Shown one piece after another: positions 28,753-38,351 of a stretch of DNA of 64,000 nt (position 1 is the first letter of the stretch; each line of letters starts with the position of its first letter). Under the pieces are notes generated by a model. The model saw only the letters and a list, made by a program, of their open reading frames with translations. It ran no database searches and was not told the origin of the DNA. Made by a program: the position numbers and the translations under genes. Origin of the DNA: an uncultured Chitinophagales bacterium (GTDB taxonomy: Bacteria > Bacteroidota > Bacteroidia > Chitinophagales > UBA8649); contig CAZZMB010000005.1 in NCBI GenBank assembly GCA_964655225.1, positions 2,919 through 66,918 of the forward strand. The letters run 5' to 3'.

Positions 28753-30108
28753 TTACTCCCGTTTTAGATCGTACTTTTCTATTTTGTTATACAAGTGGCT
28801 TCTTTGGATGTCTAAAATATCAGCTGTTTTTGAAACATTCCAAGAATTTTTCTTCAACTTATCCTCTATGAACATGCGTTCCATGTATTCTTTGAAGTCC
28901 TGAAATTTTTGAAATTGATCAAAAAGTAATTTTGGAGATTTAGCACTGACTGCGTTAGAGACGTAATTGTTTACGTCTTCTTCTGTGATTTTCTCTCCAC
29001 CTAATATAACTAAGCGTTCGATGATATTCCTTAGTTCTCTGATATTGCCAGTATAGTCGAATTGACCCAATGCTTCAAAAGCTGAAGGAGTAATCGTTTT
29101 AATTGGCATTCCATAATCTTCACAAATTTCTTTAACAAATCTGTCTGATAACAATGGGATATCATTTTTTCTATCATTCAAGGATGGAACATGCAGTAAA
29201 ATGACACTGAGCCGATGATATAGGTCCATTCTAAAATTCTTGGCATCTATTTCGGCCAACAAATCTTTATTCGTAGCTGCTACTACTCTCACGTCAACTT
29301 TAATTTCTTTATCTCCACCAACACGAGTAATTTTACCTTCTTGCAAAGCTCTGAGCACTTTAGCTTGTGCAGAGAGATCCATATCTCCAATTTCGTCGAG
29401 AAAAAGGGTTCCTCCATTAGCTTGTTCAAACTTCCCAATTCGTTGTTTTATAGCTGATGTAAATGCTCCTTTTTCGTGCCCAAACATCTCACTTTCTATT
29501 AATTCTGCTGGTATTGCGGCACAATTTAGCTCAACTAATGGGCCTTTGGATCGGTTACTTTTCTCATGAAGCCAACGTGCGACAAGTTCTTTACCTGTTC
29601 CATTATCTCCAGTGACTAAAACTCTTGCATCAGTAGGAGCTACACGTTCTATAGTTGCAAGAATCTTCTTAATAGCAGGACTTTCGCCAACAATATCACG
29701 GCTTTTTGAAACCTTTCTTTTAAGAACCTTGGTTTCGGTGATTAAAGTAGATTTATCTAATGCATTTCTAACGGTAATCAATAATCGATTTAAATCAGGT
29801 GGCTTTTGCAAATAATCATAAGCGCCCTTTTTAACACATTCTACAGCGGTCTCGAGGGTGCCATGGCCAGAGATCATGATGAAAGGAGTATCTGGATTTT
29901 CCGCAGCTGCTTTTTCTAAGACTTCGATACCATCCATTTTAGGCATTTTGATATCTAACAAAACTACATCGTAGTGATTGTTGGATATCATTTCGTAACC
30001 TTTCGCACCATCAACAGCTTCCTCAACTTTATACTTTTCGTATTCTAAAATTTCTTTCAGGGTATTACGAATACTTCGTTCATCATCTACAATTAGAATC
30101 TTAGCCAT
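28753..30108 (-). CDS. sigma-54-dependent response regulator (NtrC family)
   Basis: It has a REC domain (ILIVDDE...DIKMPKMDG), an AAA+ sigma-54 interaction module (GDNGTGKE, the GAFTSA variant of GAFTGA, ELFLDEIGD-like) and a C-terminal Fis-type HTH. Confidence 0.9.
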   Translation of the reverse strand: MAKILIVDDERSIRNTLKEILEYEKYKVEEAVDGAKGYEMISNNHYDVVLLDIKMPKMDGIEVLEKAAAENPDTPFIMISGHGTLETAVECVKKGAYDYLQKPPDLNRLLITVRNALDKSTLITETKVLKRKVSKSRDIVGESPAIKKILATIERVAPTDARVLVTGDNGTGKELVARWLHEKSNRSKGPLVELNCAAIPAELIESEMFGHEKGAFTSAIKQRIGKFEQANGGTLFLDEIGDMDLSAQAKVLRALQEGKITRVGGDKEIKVDVRVVAATNKDLLAEIDAKNFRMDLYHRLSVILLHVPSLNDRKNDIPLLSDRFVKEICEDYGMPIKTITPSAFEALGQFDYTGNIRELRNIIERLVILGGEKITEEDVNNYVSNAVSAKSPKLLFDQFQKFQDFKEYMERMFIEDKLKKNSWNVSKTADILDIQRSHLYNKIEKYDLKRE

Positions 30109-30202
30109 ACTTCATTAGAATTTTGTGCAGTGTACAAAATTATGTACAATTAAAATCAGAACCAAATTAATGTCCACTAAAATAAACAATAGGTGGAATA
30201 AA

Positions 30203-30572
30203 AAGCAGGTCTATAAGCCGGGTTCTGTATCCGCCATATGGCGGATGCTCATTATTTATCTCGCTCCTTCATTACTGAAGGAATCTAGCTGCCTACCCAC
30301 GGAAATCGGACTAGCTATCCTCAGGCTCCCGCTTATTTGGCATTGCAACGCTATGGGTTTACTCACACAACTTGTCACCAAACTGTGTCGTGAGCTCTTA
30401 CCTCACGTTTTCACCTTTGTCCACCGGCTGGTGGATAGTTATTTTCTGTAGCACTTTCCTCCTAAATATTTAGGACTGGCCGTTAACCAGATAGCTGCTA
30501 TACGTTGCCCGGACTTTCCTCTATCTCGTTCCGAAATTTCGAAATCAAAGTAGCAATGAGCCGACCTGCAAG
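30203..30572 (-). ncRNA. rnpB: RNase P RNA, bacterial type A
   Basis: The minus strand reads ...GCAGGUC...GAGGAAAGUCCGGGC...GGAAAGUGCUACAGAAA...GUGAGGUAAGAGCUCAC...ACAGAACCCGGCUUAUAGACCUGC. P1 pairs GCAGGUC (30563-30569) with GACCUGC (30205-30211). The ends are approximate to within a few nt. Confidence 0.9.
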
Positions 30573-30573
30573 G

Positions 30574-30581
30574 CAAAGATA
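30574..30581 (-). promoter_or_regulatory. Bacteroidota-type -7 promoter box (TATCTTTG) for rnpB
   Basis: The minus strand reads TATCTTTG, which equals TAnnTTTG, immediately upstream of the P1 5' arm of rnpB. Confidence 0.5.
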
Positions 30582-30640
30582 GCTTGATTAATCTATTTTC
30601 TGTTAAATACATTCGTTATTAAAATGCTAGCTTTGCTTTT

Positions 30641-31282
30641 ATGCGTAAATTAAGGTGGCAGTTAGCACAATTTTTTGAGCGAATATGGTGGAATAATTAT
30701 TTAAGAAATAAAACTCCACAAGAGTATTTACTATGGAAGACCGCATACTGGAAAAGTTTTTTAAATAAATTGAATATTGATCAAGCATCAATAAAACCAC
30801 CTATAATGGATGTGGGCTGCGGACCGGCTGGAATATTTACAATTCTTCAAGATAAAAATGTAACTGCTTTAGATCCATTGATAAATGAGTACCAAAACCT
30901 AAGTATTTTTAGTCAAAGTGATTATTCTCAGGTAAATTTTATTGATAAAAGTTTTGAAGATTATAATGCCAAAGAATCCTACCAAATTGTATTTTGCTTG
31001 AACGCAGTTAATCATTTTATCGATTTAAAAGGAAGCTTTAAAAAGCTGAATCATTTTACAGCAAAAAATGGCCATCTAGTCGTCTCCATTGATGCGCACA
31101 ATCATAGCTTGTTCAGGCATTTATTTGCGTGGATTCCTTTTGACATCTTACACCCTCATCAATATACTTTAGAGGAATACATGGATTTCATGAACGATAA
31201 TGGATTTAAAATACAGCAAAAATTATGTATTAAAAAGGCCTTTTTCTTTGATTATTGGGTGCTTGTTGGCCATAAAATTTAG
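30641..31282 (+). CDS. class I SAM-dependent methyltransferase
   Basis: Motif I MDVGCGPAG followed by an acidic residue after beta-2 (ALD). Length is 213 aa. Confidence 0.75.
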   Translation: MRKLRWQLAQFFERIWWNNYLRNKTPQEYLLWKTAYWKSFLNKLNIDQASIKPPIMDVGCGPAGIFTILQDKNVTALDPLINEYQNLSIFSQSDYSQVNFIDKSFEDYNAKESYQIVFCLNAVNHFIDLKGSFKKLNHFTAKNGHLVVSIDAHNHSLFRHLFAWIPFDILHPHQYTLEEYMDFMNDNGFKIQQKLCIKKAFFFDYWVLVGHKI

Positions 31283-31390
31283 TGTTTTTAGTCACATTAA
31301 TGCGTTCGAAAATTTCTAGGTCTAGGGTTTAATGGCTGCTGTTGATTCAAGAGATTGGTGCGTGAGAGAAATTAATATTAGATTTTAGTA

Positions 31391-33994
31391 CTAGTCCTCT
31401 AAAAGTTTTTTCAACTCATTCAATTTCATCAAGGCTTCCACAGGGGTCAATGTATTGACGTCAATGTATTCGATAAGTTCTTTTAATGCTGTGGCTTTTG
31501 GATCTACAGCATCAAAAATACTTAACTGTGTATACGCAGATATTTGCTTTACATTTTCCTGTAAGTCGCTATCGATGTGTTTCTTTTCTAGCTGCTTGAG
31601 GATTTCATTAGCTCGGTTCACAATTTCTTTGGGCATGCCTGCCATCTTAGCGACATGAATACCAAAGCTATGTTTAGAGCCTCCGGGAACTAATTTTCTT
31701 AGGAACAAAACTTTATTTTTCAACTCTTTTGTAGAGATATTAAAGTTTTTAATTCTTGGGTATTTTTCTGCCAATTCATTTAATTCGTGGTAATGCGTAG
31801 CGAATAATGTTTTAGCAGCAAACTTAGGGTGATTATGAAGATATTCAGCAATACTCCATGCTATCGATATTCCGTCATAGGTACTTGTTCCTCGTCCAAT
31901 TTCATCTAACAAGATCAAACTTCTATTGCTTATATTGTTTACAATATTGGCAGTTTCATTCATTTCGACCATAAAGGTGCTTTCTCCACTGCTAATATTA
32001 TCGCTCGCGCCAACACGGGTGAATATTTTATCAACTAAACCAATTGTAGCGCTTTTGGCAGGCACAAAGCATCCCATTTGAGCCATTAGAACAATTAAAG
32101 CGGTTTGTCTTAAAACAGCCGATTTACCTGACATATTCGGTCCAGTAATCATGATGATTTGCTGTTCTTCATTGTTTAAATAAATGTCATTAGGCACATA
32201 GCTTTCCTCTGCAGGCAACTGAGCTTCAATCACTGGGTGTCTTCCTTCTTTAATGTCAATGACTAGTGAATCATTAATTTGAGGTCGACAATAATTATAT
32301 TTTTCTGAAATCTTGGAAAAAGAGAGTAAACAGTCTATTTGTGCTAAAAGAAAAGCATTTAACTGAATGGGTTGTATATAGCTTCGAAGATAATTAACAA
32401 GTTCTGTATATAATTTTGCTTCTAAGGTTTGAATTTTGTCTTGCGCACCTAATATTTTGTCTTCATACTCTTTAAGCTCTTCTGTGATGTATCGCTCTGC
32501 AGCAGTCAAAGTTTGTTTTCGAATCCAACCTTCAGGTACCCTGTCTTTGTGTGTGTTTCTTACTTCAAGATAATATCCAAAAACATTATTAAAGCCAATT
32601 TTAAGGGAGCTAATGCCTGTTTTTTTGGCTTCTCTTTGTTGAATTTCAATAAGAAAATCCTTCCCTTTCGTAGATATTTCACGCAATTCATCCAACTCCT
32701 CGTTTACGCCGGTCTTAATGCTGTTGCTTTTGTGCAATTGAGCGGGTGCGTCTTCTTCTAATTCTCTATCCAATTTTTCAATTAAAATAGGACAGGGATT
32801 AAGTTGGTCGGCAAGCCTACCTAGAGCTGTAATTTTACTAGAAGCCATTAGCTCTTTAATTGGCGCTATGGCTTGCATGGCTCGTTTGAGTTGAGCAAGC
32901 TCCCTTGGACTTATTTTTCCCGAGGGAACTTTTGCAATCATTCTTTCTATATCACCAAGCTTTTTGAGGGCAGCGATAAGGGTGGCTTGTGTTGCTGTAT
33001 TGACTAAAAAGTAGTCTACAATATCCTGTCTCTCGGCTATTTTTACTTGGTCTACCAAAGGCATTAGAATCCATTTCTTCATCAGCCGAGCACCCATTGG
33101 GCTCACTGTAAAGTCAAGAACGTCCGATAATGTTTTGGCGTCATTGTGATGACTATAAGTTAACTCTAAATTTTTGATACTAAACTTATCCATCCAAACA
33201 TGGCTATCCTCAGTTAATCTAGAAAGTGTATTTAGTTGTTGAATGTCGGTCAAATGATTGTCTGCAAAATAATGGAGTGCTGCCCCTGAGGCCAATATTA
33301 TTTCTGGAGATTGCTCAATTCCAAATCCTTTTAAGGATTTCACTTCAAAATGTTTTTCAATGGTTTCAGTACCATATTCATTAGTGTACAACCAATCTTC
33401 TAATCTATAATGGTAATATTGAGTCCCAATTTTTTCAAGATATAAAGCTTCTTGTTTTTTTGGAATCAAGACTTCCGAAGGGTTAAAACTTTGCAATAGC
33501 TTTTCCAGATAGGACAGGCTCCCTTCTGCGACATAAAATTCGCCGGTTGAAATATCAATAAATGATACTCCATGCGTGCTTGAGCCAAAATAAACAGAAG
33601 CTAAAAAATTATTATTACCCGTTTCTAGAATGTTATCGTTTAAAGCAACACCTGGTGTTATCAACTCTGTAACACCTCGTTTTACTATTTTCTTTTCCTT
33701 CGATGGTTTTTCTAACTGATCACAAATAGCAACACGGTAACCAGCTCTTACTAGTTTAGGCAGGTAGGTATCCAAACTATGGTATGGGAAGCCGGCCAAT
33801 TCAATCTCAGATGCAGATCCATTATGTCTTTTTGTTAGAATAATACCTAAAACTTTTGCTGCAATAATCGCATCTTCACCAAAGGTTTCATAGAAATCGC
33901 CAACACGAAAAAGCAATATAGCATCATGATGCTTTGCTTTGATCGCATAGTACTGCTTCATTAATGGGGTAGGTGCTTTTTTCTTGGTAGCCAT
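31391..33994 (-). CDS. mutS: DNA mismatch repair protein MutS
   Basis: N-terminal TPLMKQY...GDFYE mismatch-binding motif, Walker A GPNMSGKS, DEIGRGTSTYDG and a length of 867 aa. Confidence 0.95.
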   Translation of the reverse strand: MATKKKAPTPLMKQYYAIKAKHHDAILLFRVGDFYETFGEDAIIAAKVLGIILTKRHNGSASEIELAGFPYHSLDTYLPKLVRAGYRVAICDQLEKPSKEKKIVKRGVTELITPGVALNDNILETGNNNFLASVYFGSSTHGVSFIDISTGEFYVAEGSLSYLEKLLQSFNPSEVLIPKKQEALYLEKIGTQYYHYRLEDWLYTNEYGTETIEKHFEVKSLKGFGIEQSPEIILASGAALHYFADNHLTDIQQLNTLSRLTEDSHVWMDKFSIKNLELTYSHHNDAKTLSDVLDFTVSPMGARLMKKWILMPLVDQVKIAERQDIVDYFLVNTATQATLIAALKKLGDIERMIAKVPSGKISPRELAQLKRAMQAIAPIKELMASSKITALGRLADQLNPCPILIEKLDRELEEDAPAQLHKSNSIKTGVNEELDELREISTKGKDFLIEIQQREAKKTGISSLKIGFNNVFGYYLEVRNTHKDRVPEGWIRKQTLTAAERYITEELKEYEDKILGAQDKIQTLEAKLYTELVNYLRSYIQPIQLNAFLLAQIDCLLSFSKISEKYNYCRPQINDSLVIDIKEGRHPVIEAQLPAEESYVPNDIYLNNEEQQIIMITGPNMSGKSAVLRQTALIVLMAQMGCFVPAKSATIGLVDKIFTRVGASDNISSGESTFMVEMNETANIVNNISNRSLILLDEIGRGTSTYDGISIAWSIAEYLHNHPKFAAKTLFATHYHELNELAEKYPRIKNFNISTKELKNKVLFLRKLVPGGSKHSFGIHVAKMAGMPKEIVNRANEILKQLEKKHIDSDLQENVKQISAYTQLSIFDAVDPKATALKELIEYIDVNTLTPVEALMKLNELKKLLED

Positions 33995-34087
33995 TATTAC
34001 TTATATCCAATTTGGGATTAACAAAATTAACAATATCACTATGTTTGCAGGATTATTATTAACAAAATATATTCACTATATATCAAC

Positions 34088-34630
34088 ATGAATAGAAAAA
34101 TCCCCAATGAAGAACTTAGTAGGCTGAGTCCAGAGGACTTTAAGGTCGCTGAAAAGACCCCAATTATAGTTGTTTTAGATAATATTCGAAGTCTAAATAA
34201 TATTGGTGCAGTTTTTAGAACTAGTGATGCATTTTTGATTGAAAAGATTTATTTGTGCGGGATTACCGCACAGCCTCCTCATCGGGACATAAGAAAAACG
34301 GCTTTGGGTTCTACTGAAACTGTTGTTTGGGAGCATGTGAACGATACACTCGGCCTGGTCAAAGATTTGCGTAAGCGAGGTGGGAAAGTCTTTGCCATCG
34401 AACAGGTAGAGGGAAGCGTAATGTTGCAGAATTTTCAACCTCAGAAGACTAGTAAAACTATCTTGATTTTTGGTAATGAGGTAGATGGTGTTCAACAAGA
34501 TGTAGTAAATCATTGTGATGGGGCCATAGAAATACCTCAATTAGGAACAAAACACAGCTTAAACATATCGGTTAGTGCTGGAATTGTTTTGTGGGATGTA
34601 TTTCGAAAAATAAAAAATTGGAAGAATTAA
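34088..34630 (+). CDS. TrmH/SpoU-family RNA 2'-O-methyltransferase
   Basis: NIGAVFRTSDAF, LIFGNEVDGV and IPQLGTKHSLNISVSAGIVL are the three SpoU motifs. Confidence 0.85.
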   Translation: MNRKIPNEELSRLSPEDFKVAEKTPIIVVLDNIRSLNNIGAVFRTSDAFLIEKIYLCGITAQPPHRDIRKTALGSTETVVWEHVNDTLGLVKDLRKRGGKVFAIEQVEGSVMLQNFQPQKTSKTILIFGNEVDGVQQDVVNHCDGAIEIPQLGTKHSLNISVSAGIVLWDVFRKIKNWKN

Positions 34631-34649
34631 TTAACGACTATAAATCGCT

Positions 34650-35465
34650 TTAACTAGGAAAATCACCATGCTTCATTCTTAATTTTTTAAGTTGATTAAT
34701 CCCCTTGTAGATTGCCTCTTGTGTTGCGTTTCGAATCTCTTCTAGATTTTCCTTGGCATAATCACTATTTAAGTGGCCGGTTGGGATAGCTTTACAAAAT
34801 TTATAATAGATTTTTTTACGTTTGGGAAGAATTGACCCTTTAAGTCCTTTTATAATTGGAGGAATGGTTTCTCCACCTTTAAAATACTTATCTAAAATAC
34901 CTTCTTTTTTCAACCAAACACCTAGCTTGGATTGTAAAAGATCCTTCTTGTCTGCTACAATGTCATATAACTCATCACCGCCTAATGAGGCAATAGGAAT
35001 AATTGGGTAGCCATGAGTAATTGCCATTCTAACAAAGCCGAATCGGTTCTTCCAGTCCAATGCATAAGCATTGTCCTTTGTTTTACAAACTTCGTTTGCT
35101 CCTCCAGGAAAAACCAAAATGTGCTGCTTACTTTCCATTAACGATTGAGCATGCGATTTACTCGCTATTACTGCTCCTAAGTCGGTAAGGATACTTCGCC
35201 ACAAGGGCAATGATTGGTGCATATTATCAACCAAAACCCGCAGGTAGATATCTTTGGTTTCATAAAGTTTAGGGATATACAATGGGCCATCGGTTATCCC
35301 TAATAGAGTATGGTTTGAGACATAAATGGCTGGGTTTTTTGCCGAAACATTACGTAATCCAATATATTCTGGTTGAAAGTACCAGTTCCCAATTTTTGCC
35401 AAGAATTTAATAATTTCTTTTGGTGGTGGTTTGAAATTTTCGTTGAGCTCAAGATAATCCGACAT
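34650..35465 (-). CDS. lysophospholipid/glycerolipid acyltransferase-family protein (LPLAT superfamily)
   Basis: YVSNHTLLGITDG (H-containing acyltransferase block) and VFPGGANE (FPEG-like block). The substrate is unknown. Confidence 0.6.
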   Translation of the reverse strand: MSDYLELNENFKPPPKEIIKFLAKIGNWYFQPEYIGLRNVSAKNPAIYVSNHTLLGITDGPLYIPKLYETKDIYLRVLVDNMHQSLPLWRSILTDLGAVIASKSHAQSLMESKQHILVFPGGANEVCKTKDNAYALDWKNRFGFVRMAITHGYPIIPIASLGGDELYDIVADKKDLLQSKLGVWLKKEGILDKYFKGGETIPPIIKGLKGSILPKRKKIYYKFCKAIPTGHLNSDYAKENLEEIRNATQEAIYKGINQLKKLRMKHGDFPS

Positions 35466-35693
35466 GCCAAAGGATTTGATTTAAACAAAACTAATAAATA
35501 TTAAGTACAAAATTTAACTAGCCATAAGCGTTACTTTACGCTGAGTTTGGAGTTGAATAGCACTCCAGTAATTGTTCTGTCTACATTTAATGTGGTTGAT
35601 GGTTTTCGATATATGCAGATGATAATTACATGGGTGTTGCTTGGTATTACTGAAGGATGTGGATAATTGATAACTCTCTATTTTTAGATTAAC

Positions 35694-35701
35694 TACTTTT
35701 G
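35694..35701 (+). promoter_or_regulatory. -7 promoter box TACTTTTG upstream of the MazG-like gene
   Basis: An exact TAnnTTTG match lies 30 nt upstream of the ATG at 35732. Confidence 0.4.
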
Positions 35702-35731
35702 TCAATCACAAAATCAATTAAATCATTATTT

Positions 35732-36211
35732 ATGAGAAATTTTAAAGAACCCAATGCTCTTAACGATGTTTCTGCATTTCATGAGACTTTTAATGCACCT
35801 ATACTTGATGCACCTATGATACCATCTAAGGACCGGTGCGAATTGAGAGTATCTCTGCTTCAAGAGGAGTTAAATGAACTTAAGGAGGCGATTAATGATA
35901 GTGATTTAGTAGAAATTGCAGATGCATTAGCAGATATTCAATATGTTCTATCTGGAGCAATATTGGAGTTTGGCTTGGGGGATAAATTTAAATCATTGTT
36001 TGATGAAGTTCAGCGCAGTAATATGAGTAAGGCATGTGCGAGCCTTAACGAAGCTGAATCAACTCAGAAAGTTTATGAAAAGAAGGATGGCACAGCATCC
36101 TTTATTCAACAAAAAGAAGATAAATACTTAGTTTATCGAAAAGAAGATAATAAAGTATTGAAATCCGTCAATTATTCTCCTGCAGATTTGAAATCGATAT
36201 TGGATGCCTAA
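35732..36211 (+). CDS. MazG-like all-alpha NTP pyrophosphohydrolase family protein
   Basis: The EELNELKEA...EIADALADIQYVL pattern (E-x2-E...D-x2-D metal-binding helices) is typical of MazG / phosphoribosyl-ATP-PPase-like proteins. The ATG at 35732 is preferred over the tracked TTG at 35699. Confidence 0.55.
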   Translation: MRNFKEPNALNDVSAFHETFNAPILDAPMIPSKDRCELRVSLLQEELNELKEAINDSDLVEIADALADIQYVLSGAILEFGLGDKFKSLFDEVQRSNMSKACASLNEAESTQKVYEKKDGTASFIQQKEDKYLVYRKEDNKVLKSVNYSPADLKSILDA

Positions 36212-36395
36212 GAAATATTATTTTTTCCAAGCCTCACAAATCCAATAAGACTAGCTTGGCATCAATTTTCTTTAACAAGTATTTACACTAATTGGTTTAC
36301 GCATATTTTAAATTCTTAAAAACTGCTTATTGTTACCGAATTTTCGAACTTTGCTAGATCTTTATTTAATTTCGCATCAAATTATTACCTATTGA

Positions 36396-37520
36396 ATGTC
36401 AAAGCCTGAAAGAAAGCCTAAAATTAAAGGACATCTATTGTACAATTCTTTGCCGCATGTTTGGCAAGAATTAAAAAAGGATAATGAAATTAAAGGAGTC
36501 TATAGAAAAAAAGCTGCGTTAATTTCATGGATGGTGTATTGTGTGATGCGTCCTCTGGTAGCCTTACAAAATCTGATTTTTGGTAAACGAATCAAAGCGG
36601 AAGATTTATCTGATAAACCTCCAGTTTTTATTCTAGGGCATTGGCGAAGCGGCACGACCCATGTTCATTACCTTTTTCATAAAGATCCTCAGTTTGGTAC
36701 ATTGAGTAATTATCAGAGTTTTTTGTTTAATATAGCTATGCTAAGTAAGTCATGGTTGAAGTTTTTACTTTCTCCGCTGATGCCCGAAACTAGACCACAA
36801 GATAATGTGCGTGTGGATACAGATCTACCAGCTGAGGAAGAACAGCCACTCAGTATTATGAGCACCAAGACAGGATTCCACACCTGGAGTTTTCCTAGTA
36901 ATCGTTCATATTTTGATAAATACAATACCTTTAAAGGGATAAATGAGGATGAAAAAAAGGCTTGGCAAGATGATTATCTTTTGGTGCTAAAGAATATAAG
37001 CTACTATAATGATGGGAAACGTTTGGTTTTGAAAAACCCGCACAATACCTCAAGAGTCAAGGAATTATTGGAGTTGTTTCCAGATGCAAAGTTTGTTTTT
37101 ATACATCGAAACCCCTATGATGTGTTTGTTTCTACTAGGCATCTTATTTTTCGGGCGGTTAAAATACAGTTTCTCGAATTTGTATCGCATGAACAAATAG
37201 AGGATATGATTATGTATTTTTTTGAGCGTACTATGAAAAAGTATATCGCGGAAAAGAATCTTATACCCAAAGGTAATTTGGTTGAAGTGAGTTTTGATGA
37301 AATGGAAACGGATTCTTCGAGTCAAATAGCGCGCATGTATAAGGAGTTGTCCTTGCCTAATTTTGACAAAGCTCAACCTTTTATTCAAGAATACATTAAC
37401 TCGGTTAAAAATTACAAGAAAAATAATTTTCGAAATATAAGTCCTGAAACTCATCGAAGAATAAATAAAGAATGGGCATTCGCTTTTGAAGAATGGGGAT
37501 ACCCTGTCGAGGAAGTTTAG
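36396..37520 (+). CDS. sulfotransferase-family protein
   Basis: GHWRSGTTH resembles the 5'-PSB loop (PKSGTT) and IHRNPYDVFVS resembles the 3'-PB motif (RNPKDVxVS) of PAPS-dependent sulfotransferases. Confidence 0.7.
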   Translation: MSKPERKPKIKGHLLYNSLPHVWQELKKDNEIKGVYRKKAALISWMVYCVMRPLVALQNLIFGKRIKAEDLSDKPPVFILGHWRSGTTHVHYLFHKDPQFGTLSNYQSFLFNIAMLSKSWLKFLLSPLMPETRPQDNVRVDTDLPAEEEQPLSIMSTKTGFHTWSFPSNRSYFDKYNTFKGINEDEKKAWQDDYLLVLKNISYYNDGKRLVLKNPHNTSRVKELLELFPDAKFVFIHRNPYDVFVSTRHLIFRAVKIQFLEFVSHEQIEDMIMYFFERTMKKYIAEKNLIPKGNLVEVSFDEMETDSSSQIARMYKELSLPNFDKAQPFIQEYINSVKNYKKNNFRNISPETHRRINKEWAFAFEEWGYPVEEV

Positions 37521-37796
37521 TTACTTCTCTTTAAAACCTGACTAGCAAACAGCAATCGTATCACTCTATAGCTTAATGCAACAGCCTTTTGCTGATGTTA
37601 TACAGCATTCTTATCCTGTCTAAATTTTTATGATCTGGTATATTCAATTTCAAAGACTTAAGAAAATTCAAGATGTAAAGCAATTCTGATTCTAAAGATT
37701 TTATATTTTTCAGCTGGCAAAAATTGTTTATTATAAAGCTAAATTAATGTGGTATAAATGTAAAGTTACGCTTCAATTCGTTTATATTTGCTCTTC

Positions 37797-38351
37797 ATGA
37801 GCCCTCGAATCATCTTAGATACCGCTCGTTTTCAATTAGTCATCGACAGACTATGTCATCAATTAATTGAAAATCATGGTGATTTTAAAGAAACCGCTAT
37901 TATTGGCGTTCAACCCAGGGGTATTTATCTAGCAGAGAGAATTGCAAAACGAATTGCCAAGATTAGTAAGAACAAGAATATTCCAATAGGTAAATTGGAT
38001 ATCACTTTTTATCGAGATGATTTCCGCACCAATAAATCGCCACTTAAAGCAAATAAAACAGACATTGAGTTTTCATTGGAAGGGAAACAAATAATTTTAG
38101 TCGATGACGTTTTATATACGGGCAGAACAATCCGCTCTGCGTTAGATGCCTTACTAGATTTTGGACGACCATCAGATGTTGAATTACTCGTTTTAATTGA
38201 TAGACGCTTGCACAGGCATTTTCCAATACAAGCAAAGTATGCGGGTAAAACTATTGATTCTATCATTAATGAAAAGGTTTTAGTAGAGTGGCAAGAGCAA
38301 GGTGAGGAAGATAAAGTTTGGTTAATTGATAAAACAAATCTAGATAAATAA
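37797..38351 (+). CDS. pyrR: PyrR bifunctional pyrimidine regulator / uracil phosphoribosyltransferase
   Basis: PRPP-binding loop ILVDDVLYTGRTIR, about 184 aa, with a stop/start overlap (TAATG) with pyrB. The ATG at 37797 is preferred. Confidence 0.9.
   Translation: MSPRIILDTARFQLVIDRLCHQLIENHGDFKETAIIGVQPRGIYLAERIAKRIAKISKNKNIPIGKLDITFYRDDFRTNKSPLKANKTDIEFSLEGKQIILVDDVLYTGRTIRSALDALLDFGRPSDVELLVLIDRRLHRHFPIQAKYAGKTIDSIINEKVLVEWQEQGEEDKVWLIDKTNLDK

Noticed and set aside
28751-28753. Tail-to-tail gene pairs with 0-1 nt between stop codons (rnz/ntrC-like at 28751/28753; DUF349/lipoprotein at 57117/57118)
   Set aside because: This implies overlapping 3' ends of convergent transcripts, but such packing is common in compact bacterial genomes. 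No specific regulatory feature is visible.
30125-30451. 108-aa plus-strand ORF between the sigma-54 regulator and the methyltransferase
   Set aside because: It lies entirely over the RNase P RNA gene (minus strand). Its peptide has no recognisable motifs, so it is an artefact of an untranslated structured-RNA locus.
35481-35492. The 12-mer TTAAACAAAACT is shared between the acyltransferase promoter region and the crt operator region (45921-45932). This hinted that the LPLAT acyltransferase (34650-35465) might be a CruD-like carotenoid glycoside acyltransferase under the same control.
   Set aside because: My rough estimate gives about 0.3 chance matches of this AT-rich 12-mer across the window's intergenic DNA. 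On the gene strand it simply contains a TAGTTTTG -7 promoter box. The gene is 4 kb away, on the opposite strand and separated by unrelated genes.
37521-37796. Possible PyrR-binding attenuator in the 276-nt leader upstream of pyrR
   Set aside because: I looked for the PyrR binding-loop consensus (ARUCCAGAGAGGYU) and for a terminator/antiterminator pair, and found neither. The long spacer remains unexplained, but no claim can be supported.
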